Positions 18,852 through 28,142 of a DNA stretch of 64,000 bases are shown here, piece after piece (the stretch's first letter is position 1; every line of letters starts with the position of its first letter). The notes below the pieces were generated by a model that was not told where the DNA came from, did no database searches, and worked only from the letters and a program-made list of their open reading frames with translations. The position numbers were made by a program, and so were the translations under genes. Source of the stretch: Chloroflexota bacterium (GTDB lineage Bacteria; Chloroflexota; Dehalococcoidia; Lucifugimonadales; UBA3495); the NCBI GenBank assembly GCA_027623675.1, contig JAQBVF010000020.1, positions 12,440-76,439 of the forward strand, read 5' to 3'.

Positions 18852-19892
18852 CTACCGGTTCAACAGTTTCTTGACCGTTGTGATGACTCGCGTCTCGTTG
18901 GGCATGTACTCGTTCTCCATGGCCCGGCTGTAGGGCACCGGAGTGTGGGGCGCGGTCACCCGGGAAGGGGGTGCGTCCAGGTAATCGAACACTTCTTCCG
19001 CCACCCGCGAGCAGATCTCGGAGGCCATGCTGCAAACCGGGGTGTCCTCGTCCACGACGACCAACCGGTGGGTCCGTTGGACCGACGAGTTGATGTGATC
19101 GTAATCGATGGGGGAGACGCTTAGCAGGTCAATCACTTCGCAGCTGATCCCCTCTTTGGCCAATTCCTCGGCGGCGGCGGTGGCGACCCAGGTCATCTTG
19201 GAGATGCCAACCAGGGTGACATCGCTTCCTTCCCTCACGGTCCGGGCTTTGCCGAGAGGCAGCACGTATGGTTCCTCAGGCACTGGGCCGGAGATCCCGT
19301 ACAGGCCCTTGTGCTCAAAGAAGACCACGGGGTCGTCATCGCGGATGCTTGCGGCCAGCAGGCCCTTGGCGGTGTAGGCGTCGGACGGCGCCACGCCCTT
19401 TAGGCCGGGGATGTGGCTGAAGATGGAGTAGTAGGACTCGGAGTGCTGGGCCGCAGCCCCGAACCCGGCGCCGATGCGGGTCATCATGGTGAACGGCACC
19501 TTGACCTGGCCGCCGAACATGTAGCGCATCTTGGCGGCGTTGTTGACCAACTGGTCCATGCACACACCGATAAAGTCGATGAACATCAACTCGGCCACGG
19601 CCCGCAGTCCCGTGGACGATGCGCCGATCGCCGCTCCAATGAACGCGGCTTCTGACAAAGGCGTGTCCAACACCCGTTCTTTGCCGAATTGCTGTATCAG
19701 GCCCACGGTTGTCCGGAATGGTCCGCCCCAAGCGTCTTCTACGCCTTGGTCCTGACGGCCCGCGCCACCGGCGATTTCCTCGCCCATGATGATCACGTTC
19801 TCGTCGCGTTCCATCTCCTGGCGAAGGCATTCGTTGATGGCCTCACGGAACTGGATCTCCCTAGTCCCGGTTGTCTGCATCGTCGTGGTCAT
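18852..19892 (-). CDS. TPP-dependent 2-oxoacid/acetoin dehydrogenase E1 beta subunit
   Basis: RVLDTPLSE, AELMFIDF, AAQHS, DDPVVFFEHK. Confidence 0.92.
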   Translation of the reverse strand: MTTTMQTTGTREIQFREAINECLRQEMERDENVIIMGEEIAGGAGRQDQGVEDAWGGPFRTTVGLIQQFGKERVLDTPLSEAAFIGAAIGASSTGLRAVAELMFIDFIGVCMDQLVNNAAKMRYMFGGQVKVPFTMMTRIGAGFGAAAQHSESYYSIFSHIPGLKGVAPSDAYTAKGLLAASIRDDDPVVFFEHKGLYGISGPVPEEPYVLPLGKARTVREGSDVTLVGISKMTWVATAAAEELAKEGISCEVIDLLSVSPIDYDHINSSVQRTHRLVVVDEDTPVCSMASEICSRVAEEVFDYLDAPPSRVTAPHTPVPYSRAMENEYMPNETRVITTVKKLLNR

Positions 19893-19971
19893 CTTTGTCT
19901 CCTTGGCCGCCCGGGTCCGGGTATCTCCGAAGCTGGGCGTTGGTTGGTTGAGATGCTGGTGGCGCTGAGGG

Positions 19972-20979
19972 CTAGACCGCCATGTTTACGCCGCGTTTCA
20001 TCATTTCCTTGGGGTAATCAACATACACGTCGTCATACAGTTCCACCGGCTGAGGCAGAGGGCTTGCGTCGGCGAACTTCACCGCCTCTTCCATGAGGGC
20101 TTCGGCGTCCGCGTCCATCTGGTCCAGTTCTTCGGCCGTGATGTCGCCTTGGGGGATGATCGTGTTTCGGAAGTGCATCAAGGGGTCACGAGCGCGCCAG
20201 TGGTCCTCCTCTTCCTTGGAGCGGTAGGTTAGAGGATTGTCGAACACCGTGTGGCCGTAGTACCGGTAGGTGGCGCACTCGATCAAGCTCGGGCCGTCGC
20301 CTGCCCTGCTCCTGGCCACCGCTTGGGCCGTCGCGTCGTACACGGCGAAGACGTCCATGCCGTCCACGTGTATCCCGGGCATGTCGTATCCCGCTGCCCG
20401 GTCGGCCACGTGGGTGGTGGACACACCGTACTCGCTGGGAGTCGACATGGCGTAGCCGTTGTTCTCGCAGAGAAAGATTACCGGCAGCTTCCAGATCGAG
20501 GCCAAGTTCATGGACTCGTGAAGCACGCCCTGGCTGGATGCCCCGTCGCCGAAAAAGGCCACTGCCACCCGGTTAAGCTTCTTTACCTTGGAGGTCAAGG
20601 CCGCGCCCAGGGCCAAAGGTATGCTGGCTCCCACGACGCCGTTGGTGCCCAACATGCCCTTGCTCATGTCTGAGATGTGCATGGACCCGCCCTTGCCCTT
20701 GTTGGGGCCGGTGGAGCGGCCGAAGAGCTCGGCCATCATCAGCTTGGGGTCGACGCCCTTGGCGATGCAGTGGCCATGGCCACGGTGGGTGCTGCCGATA
20801 TAGTCTTCGTTGGTGAGGTTGGCGCAGACTCCGGTGGCCACCGCCTCTTGCCCCGCGGAGGAATGGACCGAGGCCGACATGCCCCGCTGTCCCGTTTCCG
20901 GGATGCCCCGTTCCTCAAAATGGCGGATGGTCGTCATGGTTTTATAGAGATTGAGCAGACCAGCGCGGTCAAGATCCAT
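19972..20979 (-). CDS. TPP-dependent 2-oxoacid/acetoin dehydrogenase E1 alpha subunit
   Basis: GQEA, STHRGHGH, GKGGSMH, FFGDGA..CENNGY, TYRYYGH; start MDLDRAG behind GGAGG. Confidence 0.92.
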   Translation of the reverse strand: MDLDRAGLLNLYKTMTTIRHFEERGIPETGQRGMSASVHSSAGQEAVATGVCANLTNEDYIGSTHRGHGHCIAKGVDPKLMMAELFGRSTGPNKGKGGSMHISDMSKGMLGTNGVVGASIPLALGAALTSKVKKLNRVAVAFFGDGASSQGVLHESMNLASIWKLPVIFLCENNGYAMSTPSEYGVSTTHVADRAAGYDMPGIHVDGMDVFAVYDATAQAVARSRAGDGPSLIECATYRYYGHTVFDNPLTYRSKEEEDHWRARDPLMHFRNTIIPQGDITAEELDQMDADAEALMEEAVKFADASPLPQPVELYDDVYVDYPKEMMKRGVNMAV

Positions 20980-21111
20980 GGTTCCTCCTATGCCGTGCCT
21001 GGAGATGCCTGGCAATCCGTGAGCGCCAAGTGGATTAGGCACAATACTAGCATGCCGCCGATGGTTGTCAATACGAACCAGGCATGGAGCAGATGGAGGC
21101 GATGGAAGGGG

Positions 21112-21963
21112 TTATCCGGCGGCCCCAGTCACCGAAACTGCGTCGCCCTCGCCAGCTTCCAGCAGCAGCGCCGCGTTGCCGTTGGGCAGGGCAATCTCCA
21201 GGTATCCGTGACTGCCCACCAGCGCTATCAGGCGTTCAGATCCGTGTCCCTTATCGCCCCGGGAAACTTCGTTAAAGGTGCCGCTGAGCCCGTTAATCGT
21301 CCGGCTTCTGATCCGCACCTCCACTTGTGCGCCTCTGGAGAAGTGTTCTGCTGGGATGTTGGTGATCAGGTTCCCGTAGGTGTCCCTGAAGATGATCTCG
21401 CCTATGATCCGGCCGCCCTCCTTCGCCGGATATGGCATGGGCAGGAAGAAGAGACTGTCGATAACGTCGCCCAGGTCTTCAGGCGCAACGCCCAGGGAGA
21501 GGTGGGACGCTACCGGAGTGAACACGTCCCGGCCGTGGAAGGTCTGGCTAACCGGATGACGCCAGTACCTGGTGTCGGTGAGATGCACCGCGGTCAGCTC
21601 GGGTGGCAGTTTCACGAAGTTGGAAACCACTGGTGTGGAAGGCAGGTAGGCGGCCATCACCCCGCTGAGCAGGCCATTGTCGGGAGCCACGTAACGGCCC
21701 CACGGCGTGGACAGCATCACTGGACGGCGTGGGGTGCCGACCCCGGGGTCGACGACCGCGACGTGGATGGCGTCTTGGGGGAAAAACCGGTTATTGACAC
21801 CCAGAACGAAGGAGCCATGGAGGATGTTCTGAGGCATGATCTGGTGGGTCAGGTCGATCATGCGAAGGTCCGGGTTGATGGCGAGCGCCACGCCCTTCAT
21901 AACTCCGGCGTAGGCGTCGGATAAACCGAAGTCTGTGGTGAAGACCAGCAGTGGCGATGTCAT
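21112..21963 (-). CDS. SAM hydroxide adenosyltransferase (DUF62 family)
   Basis: TTDFG, VVDPGVG, APDNG, TFHGRDVF, GNLITN. Confidence 0.9.
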   Translation of the reverse strand: MTSPLLVFTTDFGLSDAYAGVMKGVALAINPDLRMIDLTHQIMPQNILHGSFVLGVNNRFFPQDAIHVAVVDPGVGTPRRPVMLSTPWGRYVAPDNGLLSGVMAAYLPSTPVVSNFVKLPPELTAVHLTDTRYWRHPVSQTFHGRDVFTPVASHLSLGVAPEDLGDVIDSLFFLPMPYPAKEGGRIIGEIIFRDTYGNLITNIPAEHFSRGAQVEVRIRSRTINGLSGTFNEVSRGDKGHGSERLIALVGSHGYLEIALPNGNAALLLEAGEGDAVSVTGAAG

Positions 21964-21992
21964 GCCGGGATTCGGCGAGGGGCCGCTTCGGT

Positions 21993-22208
21993 CTAACCGA
22001 CGCGGACGCTGATGATTGAGATTACTACGAAGGTCACCGCCAAGCCGACGGTGAACTGGAAGAGAGTCTTCTCCAGGCCGCGGCGCGTGCGGATGGTTGA
22101 AGATGCCGAGCCGAAGAGCCCGCCGCCTCCCTCTTTGACCTGGGCCAGAATCACAACCACCAGCAATACGGACACCAGTAGTTGGATCACGTTCATGAAA
22201 TCGCTCAT
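21993..22208 (-). CDS. secG: Preprotein translocase subunit SecG
   Basis: Two TM helices with Q..GGGGLFG and RRGLEK.L..T. Confidence 0.9.
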   Translation of the reverse strand: MSDFMNVIQLLVSVLLVVVILAQVKEGGGGLFGSASSTIRTRRGLEKTLFQFTVGLAVTFVVISIISVRVG

Positions 22209-22266
22209 GGGCTAACCTCGGCGGACCGCATCCGCCTGCTTAATAGTCCCCACCGGTCCGGGACTT

Positions 22267-23736
22267 TTATTTCCCCGCGTCTAAGGCCTCGACCACCAGT
22301 TCGTTAACCAAGTCGGGCTTGGCCTGGCCTTTGGTGAGCTTCATCACCTGGCCCACCAGAAACTTGGCGGCGCTTTCCTTGCCGCTGTTGTAATCGGCCA
22401 CGGCCTGGGGGTTGGCTTGGATGGCTTGGCCAACCGCCGACTTGACCGCCGACGAATCGCTTATCTGAGTATAGCCCTTCTCCTGGATTATGTGTGAGGG
22501 AGAATCTCCGGAATCGAAGGATTCTTCCAGTACCGTCTTGGCCATGGACACGCTGACAGCGTCCTGGTCCACCAGGCTGATCAGCTCGGCCAGGTGCTCC
22601 GGGGATACCGGGGACTCGTTGATCTCAAGATTCTTTAGATTCAGCAACCTGGTCAGGTCGCCCAGTATCCAGTTGCTCACGTTCTTGGCGAACCTGCCGC
22701 TCTCCGGCCCGCCAGATGACTTAAGGCTGTTGGTCTTCTCATAGAAATCGGCCATGGCCTTGGAGCCGGTCAGCAGCCGGGCATCGTACTCTGGCAGCCC
22801 GTATTGCTGGGTGAACCGGGTCAGCCGCTGGGCGGCTAATTCGGGGATCCGGGAACGGATCTCCTCGATCCAATCGCCTGCCACGACGAGGGGCGGCAGG
22901 TCGGGCTCGGGAAAGTAGCGGTAGTCGTGGGCCTCTTCCTTGCTGCGCTGGGAGTAAGTGACGCTGCGTTCCTCGGACCACCCGCGGGTCTCCTGGACCA
23001 CCCGCTCGCCGGAGTCCAGGATCCTGCGCTGCCGCTCTTGTTCGTGGTTCAGGGCCATGAACACCGAGCGCAGGCTGTTCATGTTCTTGATCTCGGCCTT
23101 GGTGCCGTACGCTTCCTGGCCCACGGGCCGGAGGCTGATGTTGGCGTCGCAACGGAAGCTGCCGTCCTGGGCGTTGGCAGTGGAGACGCCCAGGTACTGG
23201 ATGATTGAGTGCAGACTCGTCAGGTAGGCGCGGGCCTCCTCTGGAGTCCGCATGTCGGGATGGCTGACAACCTCCATGAGGGGCACACCAGAGCGGTTCA
23301 CGTCCACCAGGCTGTGGGCGTCGGCTCCACCGTTCACGTGCTGGAGTTTGGAGACATCCTCCTCCAGGTGCACTCGCTCCACCCGCACTCTCCGGTCCTG
23401 GCCGTCGGCTGTGATATCCAGGTGGCCGTTCATGGCCAGGGGCATGTCGTACTGGGATATCTGATACCCCTTCATCAGGTCGGGGTAAGGGTAGTTCTTG
23501 CGGTCGAACTTGGTCAGGTTCGGAATATCACAGCCCAAGGCCAGTCCGGTCATGATGGTGAATTCGACGGCCTTCTTGTTGATCACGGGTAGTGCGCCGG
23601 GCAGCCCGAGGCATACCGGACAGACCCTGCTGTTGACCGGCGCGTTCTGATAGTCGGCCCGGCAAGAGCAGAACATCTTGCTCTGGGTCAGCAGTTGAAC
23701 GTGGACCTCAAGTCCTATTACTGTTTCGTATTCCAT
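22267..23736 (-). CDS. gatB: Asp-tRNA(Asn)/Glu-tRNA(Gln) amidotransferase subunit B
   Basis: IGLEVHVQL, FDRKNYPYPD..KGYQISQ, HLEED, YRYFPEPDL. Confidence 0.97.
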   Translation of the reverse strand: MEYETVIGLEVHVQLLTQSKMFCSCRADYQNAPVNSRVCPVCLGLPGALPVINKKAVEFTIMTGLALGCDIPNLTKFDRKNYPYPDLMKGYQISQYDMPLAMNGHLDITADGQDRRVRVERVHLEEDVSKLQHVNGGADAHSLVDVNRSGVPLMEVVSHPDMRTPEEARAYLTSLHSIIQYLGVSTANAQDGSFRCDANISLRPVGQEAYGTKAEIKNMNSLRSVFMALNHEQERQRRILDSGERVVQETRGWSEERSVTYSQRSKEEAHDYRYFPEPDLPPLVVAGDWIEEIRSRIPELAAQRLTRFTQQYGLPEYDARLLTGSKAMADFYEKTNSLKSSGGPESGRFAKNVSNWILGDLTRLLNLKNLEINESPVSPEHLAELISLVDQDAVSVSMAKTVLEESFDSGDSPSHIIQEKGYTQISDSSAVKSAVGQAIQANPQAVADYNSGKESAAKFLVGQVMKLTKGQAKPDLVNELVVEALDAGK

Positions 23737-23844
23737 GGCTTATCGGGATTATCGGGGGTTCGTTGGCGTGTCGAAATCAGGCGCGATGTGCGTCTGCGAT
23801 CCAGTATATCAGGCGCATATTTTGGTAACAACGACGCCCGGCGG

Positions 23845-24738
23845 CTAGGAGCCTAGGCCGTTGCTCCGGAGCATCTCTTGCGCGGTGGTGCCGATGTCGG
23901 CGGGGGTGGGGATGATCCAGGCGCCGGCGTCCTTGAGCGCGGCGATCTTGTACTCGGCGGTGGCGCTCACCCCGGTGATGATGGCTCCGGCGTGCCCCAT
24001 ACGCTTGCCGGACGGGGCGGAAGCACCCACCACCAGAGCGGCAATAGGCTTGCTGAAGTCAGATTTGATGAAGGCCGCGGCGTCTTGTTCCATGGTCCCG
24101 CCGATCTCGCCGATCATGACCACGGCGTCGGTGCCGGGGTCGGCATCGAAGAGCGCCAGAACGTCGGCGAAATTGGTCCCGATGATCGGGTCGCCGCCGA
24201 TGCCCACGCAGCTTGACTGGCCCAGCCCCAACGTCGTGAGCTGCCCCACGGCTTCGTAGGTTAGGGTGCCGCTGCGGGAGAGCACACCCACTCGGCCCGG
24301 CAGGTGGATGGCGCCGGGCATGATGCCTATCTTGCACTTGGCGCCAGGGTTGATCAGACCGGGGCAGTTGGGACCGATGAGCCGCGTTGGCCGGTCCCGT
24401 ACATAACGGTAGACCTTGACCATGTCTTGCACCGGGATGCCCTCGGTGATGCAGGCGATCAAGGGTATGCCCGCGTCGGCGGACTCGGTGATCGCGTCGG
24501 GCGCGAATGGCGGCGGCACGAAGATCAGCGACATATTGGCTTGGGTCTGGGCCACGGCTTCCTCGACCGAGTCGAACACTGGAACAGTGTCCTCAAACAT
24601 GGTCCCGCCCCGCCCAGGGGTCACTCCGGCAACCACGTTGGTCCCGTAGGCCATGCAGGCCCGAGCGTGAAAGCTGCCCTCCCGTCCGGTTATGCCCTGC
24701 ACCAATACCCGTGTGTTTTCGTCGACCAATACGCCCAT
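23845..24738 (-). CDS. sucD: Succinyl-CoA ligase alpha subunit
   Basis: [33 protein letters not shown]. Confidence 0.97.
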   Translation of the reverse strand: MGVLVDENTRVLVQGITGREGSFHARACMAYGTNVVAGVTPGRGGTMFEDTVPVFDSVEEAVAQTQANMSLIFVPPPFAPDAITESADAGIPLIACITEGIPVQDMVKVYRYVRDRPTRLIGPNCPGLINPGAKCKIGIMPGAIHLPGRVGVLSRSGTLTYEAVGQLTTLGLGQSSCVGIGGDPIIGTNFADVLALFDADPGTDAVVMIGEIGGTMEQDAAAFIKSDFSKPIAALVVGASAPSGKRMGHAGAIITGVSATAEYKIAALKDAGAWIIPTPADIGTTAQEMLRSNGLGS

Positions 24739-24777
24739 CAGGCTCTATCTCCAGCCCCAACCCGGCTCGATTCAGGA

Positions 24778-25935
24778 TTAAATATTCAGTTGCTTAATGG
24801 CGTCGGCGGCTTCGGTCAGCGTGTCGGCGAATACCACCGGCAGCCCCGAGGCGCCCAAGATCTCTTTGCCCTCGGCCACGTTGGTGCCCAGCATCCTAAC
24901 CACCAACGGGATGGTCGACCCGGTCTCCTTGTAGGCCAGCACGATGCCTTCGCCGGCGATGTCGCAGCGCAATATTCCGCCGAAGATGTTGACCAGGACC
25001 CGCCGGACTTTCGCGTCGGAGAGAATGATCTTCACCGCGCTGGAGACTTTCTCTGGGGTGGCCCCACCGCCCACGTCCAGGAAGTTGGCGGGGGCCGCGC
25101 CGGCCGCGGTGGTCACGTCCAGGGTGGCCATTGCCAGGCCCGCCCCATTGACTAAGCACCCCACGTCGCCGTCCAGGTTTACATAAGCGATGTCCAGGTC
25201 GGCCGCCTGCGCTTCCAACGGGTCTTCCTGATTCACGTCCCGGTACACCATCAGGCCGGGGTGGCGGAACATGGCGTCGTCGTCCAGGTTGATCTTGGCG
25301 TCCAGCGCCACGACCCGGTCGTCGCCGGTGACGATCAGCGGGTTGACCTCAACTAGGGAGCAGTCGTTCTCGACGAAGACCTGGTGCAGGGCGGTCAACA
25401 CCTTGGCGGCGCTGCCGGCCACGGTGGGTCCCAGGCCCAACCGGCGCACCAACCGCCTGGTCTGAAAGGGCATCAGCCCAAGCAATGGGTCCACCGGCTC
25501 GGTGTGGATGTCTTCGGGGTTATTGGCGGCGACCTCTTCAATGTCCATGCCGCCTTGAGTGCTGACCAGAAGGACGGGGCCCCGGTGGCCGCGGTCGATG
25601 GTCAATGCAACGTAGAGTTCATTCTTGATGTCGGCCAGTTCTTCGATGAGGAGCTTTTCCACCGGCGCTCCCTCGGGTCCCGTCTGCGGCGTGACCAGGG
25701 TTGAAGCTAGCATGCTCCGGGCGGCCTCTTCGGCCTCCTCCGGGCTGCGGACCAGCTTCACCCCTCCCGATTTGCCCCGGCCGCCGGCGTGGATCTGGGC
25801 TTTAACCACTGATCGGCCGCCCAGTTCTTGCGTCGCCGCCTTGGCCTCGGCCGGGGTGGTGGCGACTATGCCCCGAGGCACCGGAATGCCGTAGCGGGCG
25901 AATACTTCTTTAGCTTGAAATTCGTGAATGTTCAT
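24778..25935 (-). CDS. sucC: Succinyl-CoA ligase beta subunit
   Basis: MNIHEFQAK, KAQIHAGGRGK, NGAGLAMAT, ANFLDVGG, NIFGGI. Confidence 0.97.
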   Translation of the reverse strand: MNIHEFQAKEVFARYGIPVPRGIVATTPAEAKAATQELGGRSVVKAQIHAGGRGKSGGVKLVRSPEEAEEAARSMLASTLVTPQTGPEGAPVEKLLIEELADIKNELYVALTIDRGHRGPVLLVSTQGGMDIEEVAANNPEDIHTEPVDPLLGLMPFQTRRLVRRLGLGPTVAGSAAKVLTALHQVFVENDCSLVEVNPLIVTGDDRVVALDAKINLDDDAMFRHPGLMVYRDVNQEDPLEAQAADLDIAYVNLDGDVGCLVNGAGLAMATLDVTTAAGAAPANFLDVGGGATPEKVSSAVKIILSDAKVRRVLVNIFGGILRCDIAGEGIVLAYKETGSTIPLVVRMLGTNVAEGKEILGASGLPVVFADTLTEAADAIKQLNI

Positions 25936-26226
25936 CGTCGTCCTTGGTGGCGCAGACCTTTAGGTTTTGGGATCCAGGCCGGGAAAACAGGCGGGTAAAC
26001 CAAGCTGGTAAACCAAACGGTAACGGGCCGTGCGCCAGGCGTTCGTAAAATGTAGGCGATTTTGCTGCGCCCGTCAACGCGCTTGCGCCCGTGTCCGGTG
26101 GACAAACCGGGCGCGCCGTACCATAATCCCGCGCAAATCTCAGCGTGGGTAACTCTGGCGAACGGTGGCCGGAGTTTACCGGCAAGAGAGTACCAACCAA
26201 AGGATCCAAGATATTTAGGAGGAGCC

Positions 26227-27081
26227 ATGGTCCGCTACAACAAGGTTATTGAGTTATTGGAGCAGGACAAGCCGGTATTCTGTTCCGGCCTGGTCTGGAA
26301 CGGCAACCTGGATGACATGACTTTTGTGGGCGACGCCGACTACGACATGGTCATCGTTGAGATGGAACACCAAGGTTTCAGCTTCAACGATCTGCGGACC
26401 ATGCTCCAGTTCCTGATGAACCGCAAGAAAGTGGTAGGGAGCGGCTCGCTGCAAGCTGACCCGGCGCCCTTCGTTAGGGTGCCGCCAAATTTCAGGGAGC
26501 GGAACCAGTGGGTGCTGAAGCAGGCTCTGGACGCCGGCGTTTACGGGTTGGTCCTGCCCCACCTGAACAATGTGGATGACGCCCAGGCAGCGGTGGTCGC
26601 CGCCCGCTACCCGCAGGTGCCCGGCGTGGCCGATTTCGAGCCGCAGGGCGAGCGCGGCTGGTGGTACCGCATCGCTCCCCGCTATTGGGGCCTGACTCCC
26701 GCTGAGTACTACGACGCCGCCGATCTTTGGCCGTTGGACCCGGAGGGCAACATGCTCTTGGTCGGCATCATTGAGGAGCCGGACGGAGTGAAGAATGTGC
26801 GGGACATCCTGCGTGAGGTCAAGGGTATCGGCGCCATCTGGGCCGGCCCCGGCGATATGTCGGTGGCCATGGGGCACAAGGGAAACGCGAATCACCCCGA
26901 CGTGCAGGCCAACCTGCTAACGATACTGGACGCCTGCAAGGAATTTGGGGTGCCCTGCGCCACCGGCTGCACTGCCGAAGAGGTGCCGATGCGCCTGGAA
27001 CAGGGCTTCCGGATAATAATAACGTCCCCCGAAAAGACCACTAGGGGTCTGGACGAGGGACGTCGTATCTCCGGTCGTTAG
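26227..27081 (+). CDS. HpcH/HpaI aldolase / citrate lyase family protein
   Basis: VEMEH, PFVRVP, LDAGVYG, IIEE..GV, GPGDMS; start MVRYNK behind AGGAG. Confidence 0.85.
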   Translation: MVRYNKVIELLEQDKPVFCSGLVWNGNLDDMTFVGDADYDMVIVEMEHQGFSFNDLRTMLQFLMNRKKVVGSGSLQADPAPFVRVPPNFRERNQWVLKQALDAGVYGLVLPHLNNVDDAQAAVVAARYPQVPGVADFEPQGERGWWYRIAPRYWGLTPAEYYDAADLWPLDPEGNMLLVGIIEEPDGVKNVRDILREVKGIGAIWAGPGDMSVAMGHKGNANHPDVQANLLTILDACKEFGVPCATGCTAEEVPMRLEQGFRIIITSPEKTTRGLDEGRRISGR

Positions 27082-27099
27082 GGTCGCTGGAACCCTGGG

Positions 27100-28086
27100 C
27101 TATTTAGTGCCAGACGCGCCAGTTCCGGCGGTGTCACTGGAGCCCTGGCCGGGACTCTGCAAGAACTTGAAGATATCAGCCTCCGAGGACAGAACGACCG
27201 TCGTCCGCTGGTTCAAGAACTTCTTGTAGGCTTCTAGGCTCCTCTGGAACGAGAAGAAGTCTGGGTCCTTGTTCAGAGACTCGGCCAGGATAGCGATGGC
27301 CTGGGCTTCACCGTCACCTCGTAGGCGGCTGGCGTCCCTGTCGGCCGCCGCTAGGATAACCTCAACCTCTCGGTCAGCCGCCGCCCGCCGGGTCCGGGCT
27401 TCTCTCTCACCCTCGGCACGCAACCGGCGGGATATCTTCTCCCGGTCTGACCGCATGCGCTCAAATATTCTTCCGGCCACTTCCTGTGGGAAATCAGCCC
27501 GTTTGATTCGGATGTCGACCATCTCGACGCCGAATGGAGGGTTTTCCTTGGCCAGGTTAGCTTGGACCGCCGCGATCACTTCCTGTAGCAGTTCGGTCCG
27601 GGAGTTGGTGGCACGGACTCGGGTGTTGCCCTCGGCGTCCGTCACAGGATCACCCGACTTGTCCAATTCGACGATGCCGCCGATGATCTGTTCACGGCTG
27701 CGTTCGGCAACCTTGGCGCGCAGGGATGAGTTGATCCTTTGGGCCAGCACCCGTCGCGCGTTTTCTTCGGTGTTCAGGGTCTGGAGGAACGCGCGTGGGT
27801 CGCTGATCCGGAACCGGCCGTAAACATCGATTTCCAAGATGTTGATGTCGCGGTCCAAGAACCGCTCGGTCGGAGCGTCGAGCCGCAGCAGCCGCTTGTC
27901 GTAGTTGGTGACTTTGTCCACACCGAACGGCGCCTTCCAAGAGAGGCCTGGGGTTGTGCGGACCGCCCGCACATCGCCGAAGCGGGTGACCACCACCTGT
28001 TCGGTTTCATCCACCACATAGGCGCTGGTGGTTAAGGTTATTAGAGCCAGGATTACAATTACCCCGGATATTATCAGGTTCCTCAT
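27100..28086 (-). CDS. hflC: FtsH protease modulator HflC
   Basis: N-terminal TM, SPFH domain, DIRIKRADFP..IFERMRSDR, RGDGEA, PDFFSFQRSLEAY. Confidence 0.93.
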   Translation of the reverse strand: MRNLIISGVIVILALITLTTSAYVVDETEQVVVTRFGDVRAVRTTPGLSWKAPFGVDKVTNYDKRLLRLDAPTERFLDRDINILEIDVYGRFRISDPRAFLQTLNTEENARRVLAQRINSSLRAKVAERSREQIIGGIVELDKSGDPVTDAEGNTRVRATNSRTELLQEVIAAVQANLAKENPPFGVEMVDIRIKRADFPQEVAGRIFERMRSDREKISRRLRAEGEREARTRRAAADREVEVILAAADRDASRLRGDGEAQAIAILAESLNKDPDFFSFQRSLEAYKKFLNQRTTVVLSSEADIFKFLQSPGQGSSDTAGTGASGTK

Positions 28087-28142
28087 GGAGACCCCTTTTA
28101 TTCCTTAGTTAACGGTCAAGTAATGGCGGGTTGCCAGTCAGG

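Noticed and set aside
21112..21963. Possible SAM-dependent chlorinase/fluorinase
   Set aside because: The TFHGRD motif with His is typical of the DUF62 SAM hydrolase branch; there is no halometabolite context.
27600..27680. Short insert in HflC (GGIVELDKSGDPVTDAEGNTRVRATNS)
   Set aside because: HflC proteins commonly have variable-length loops at this position, so it is not distinctive alone.
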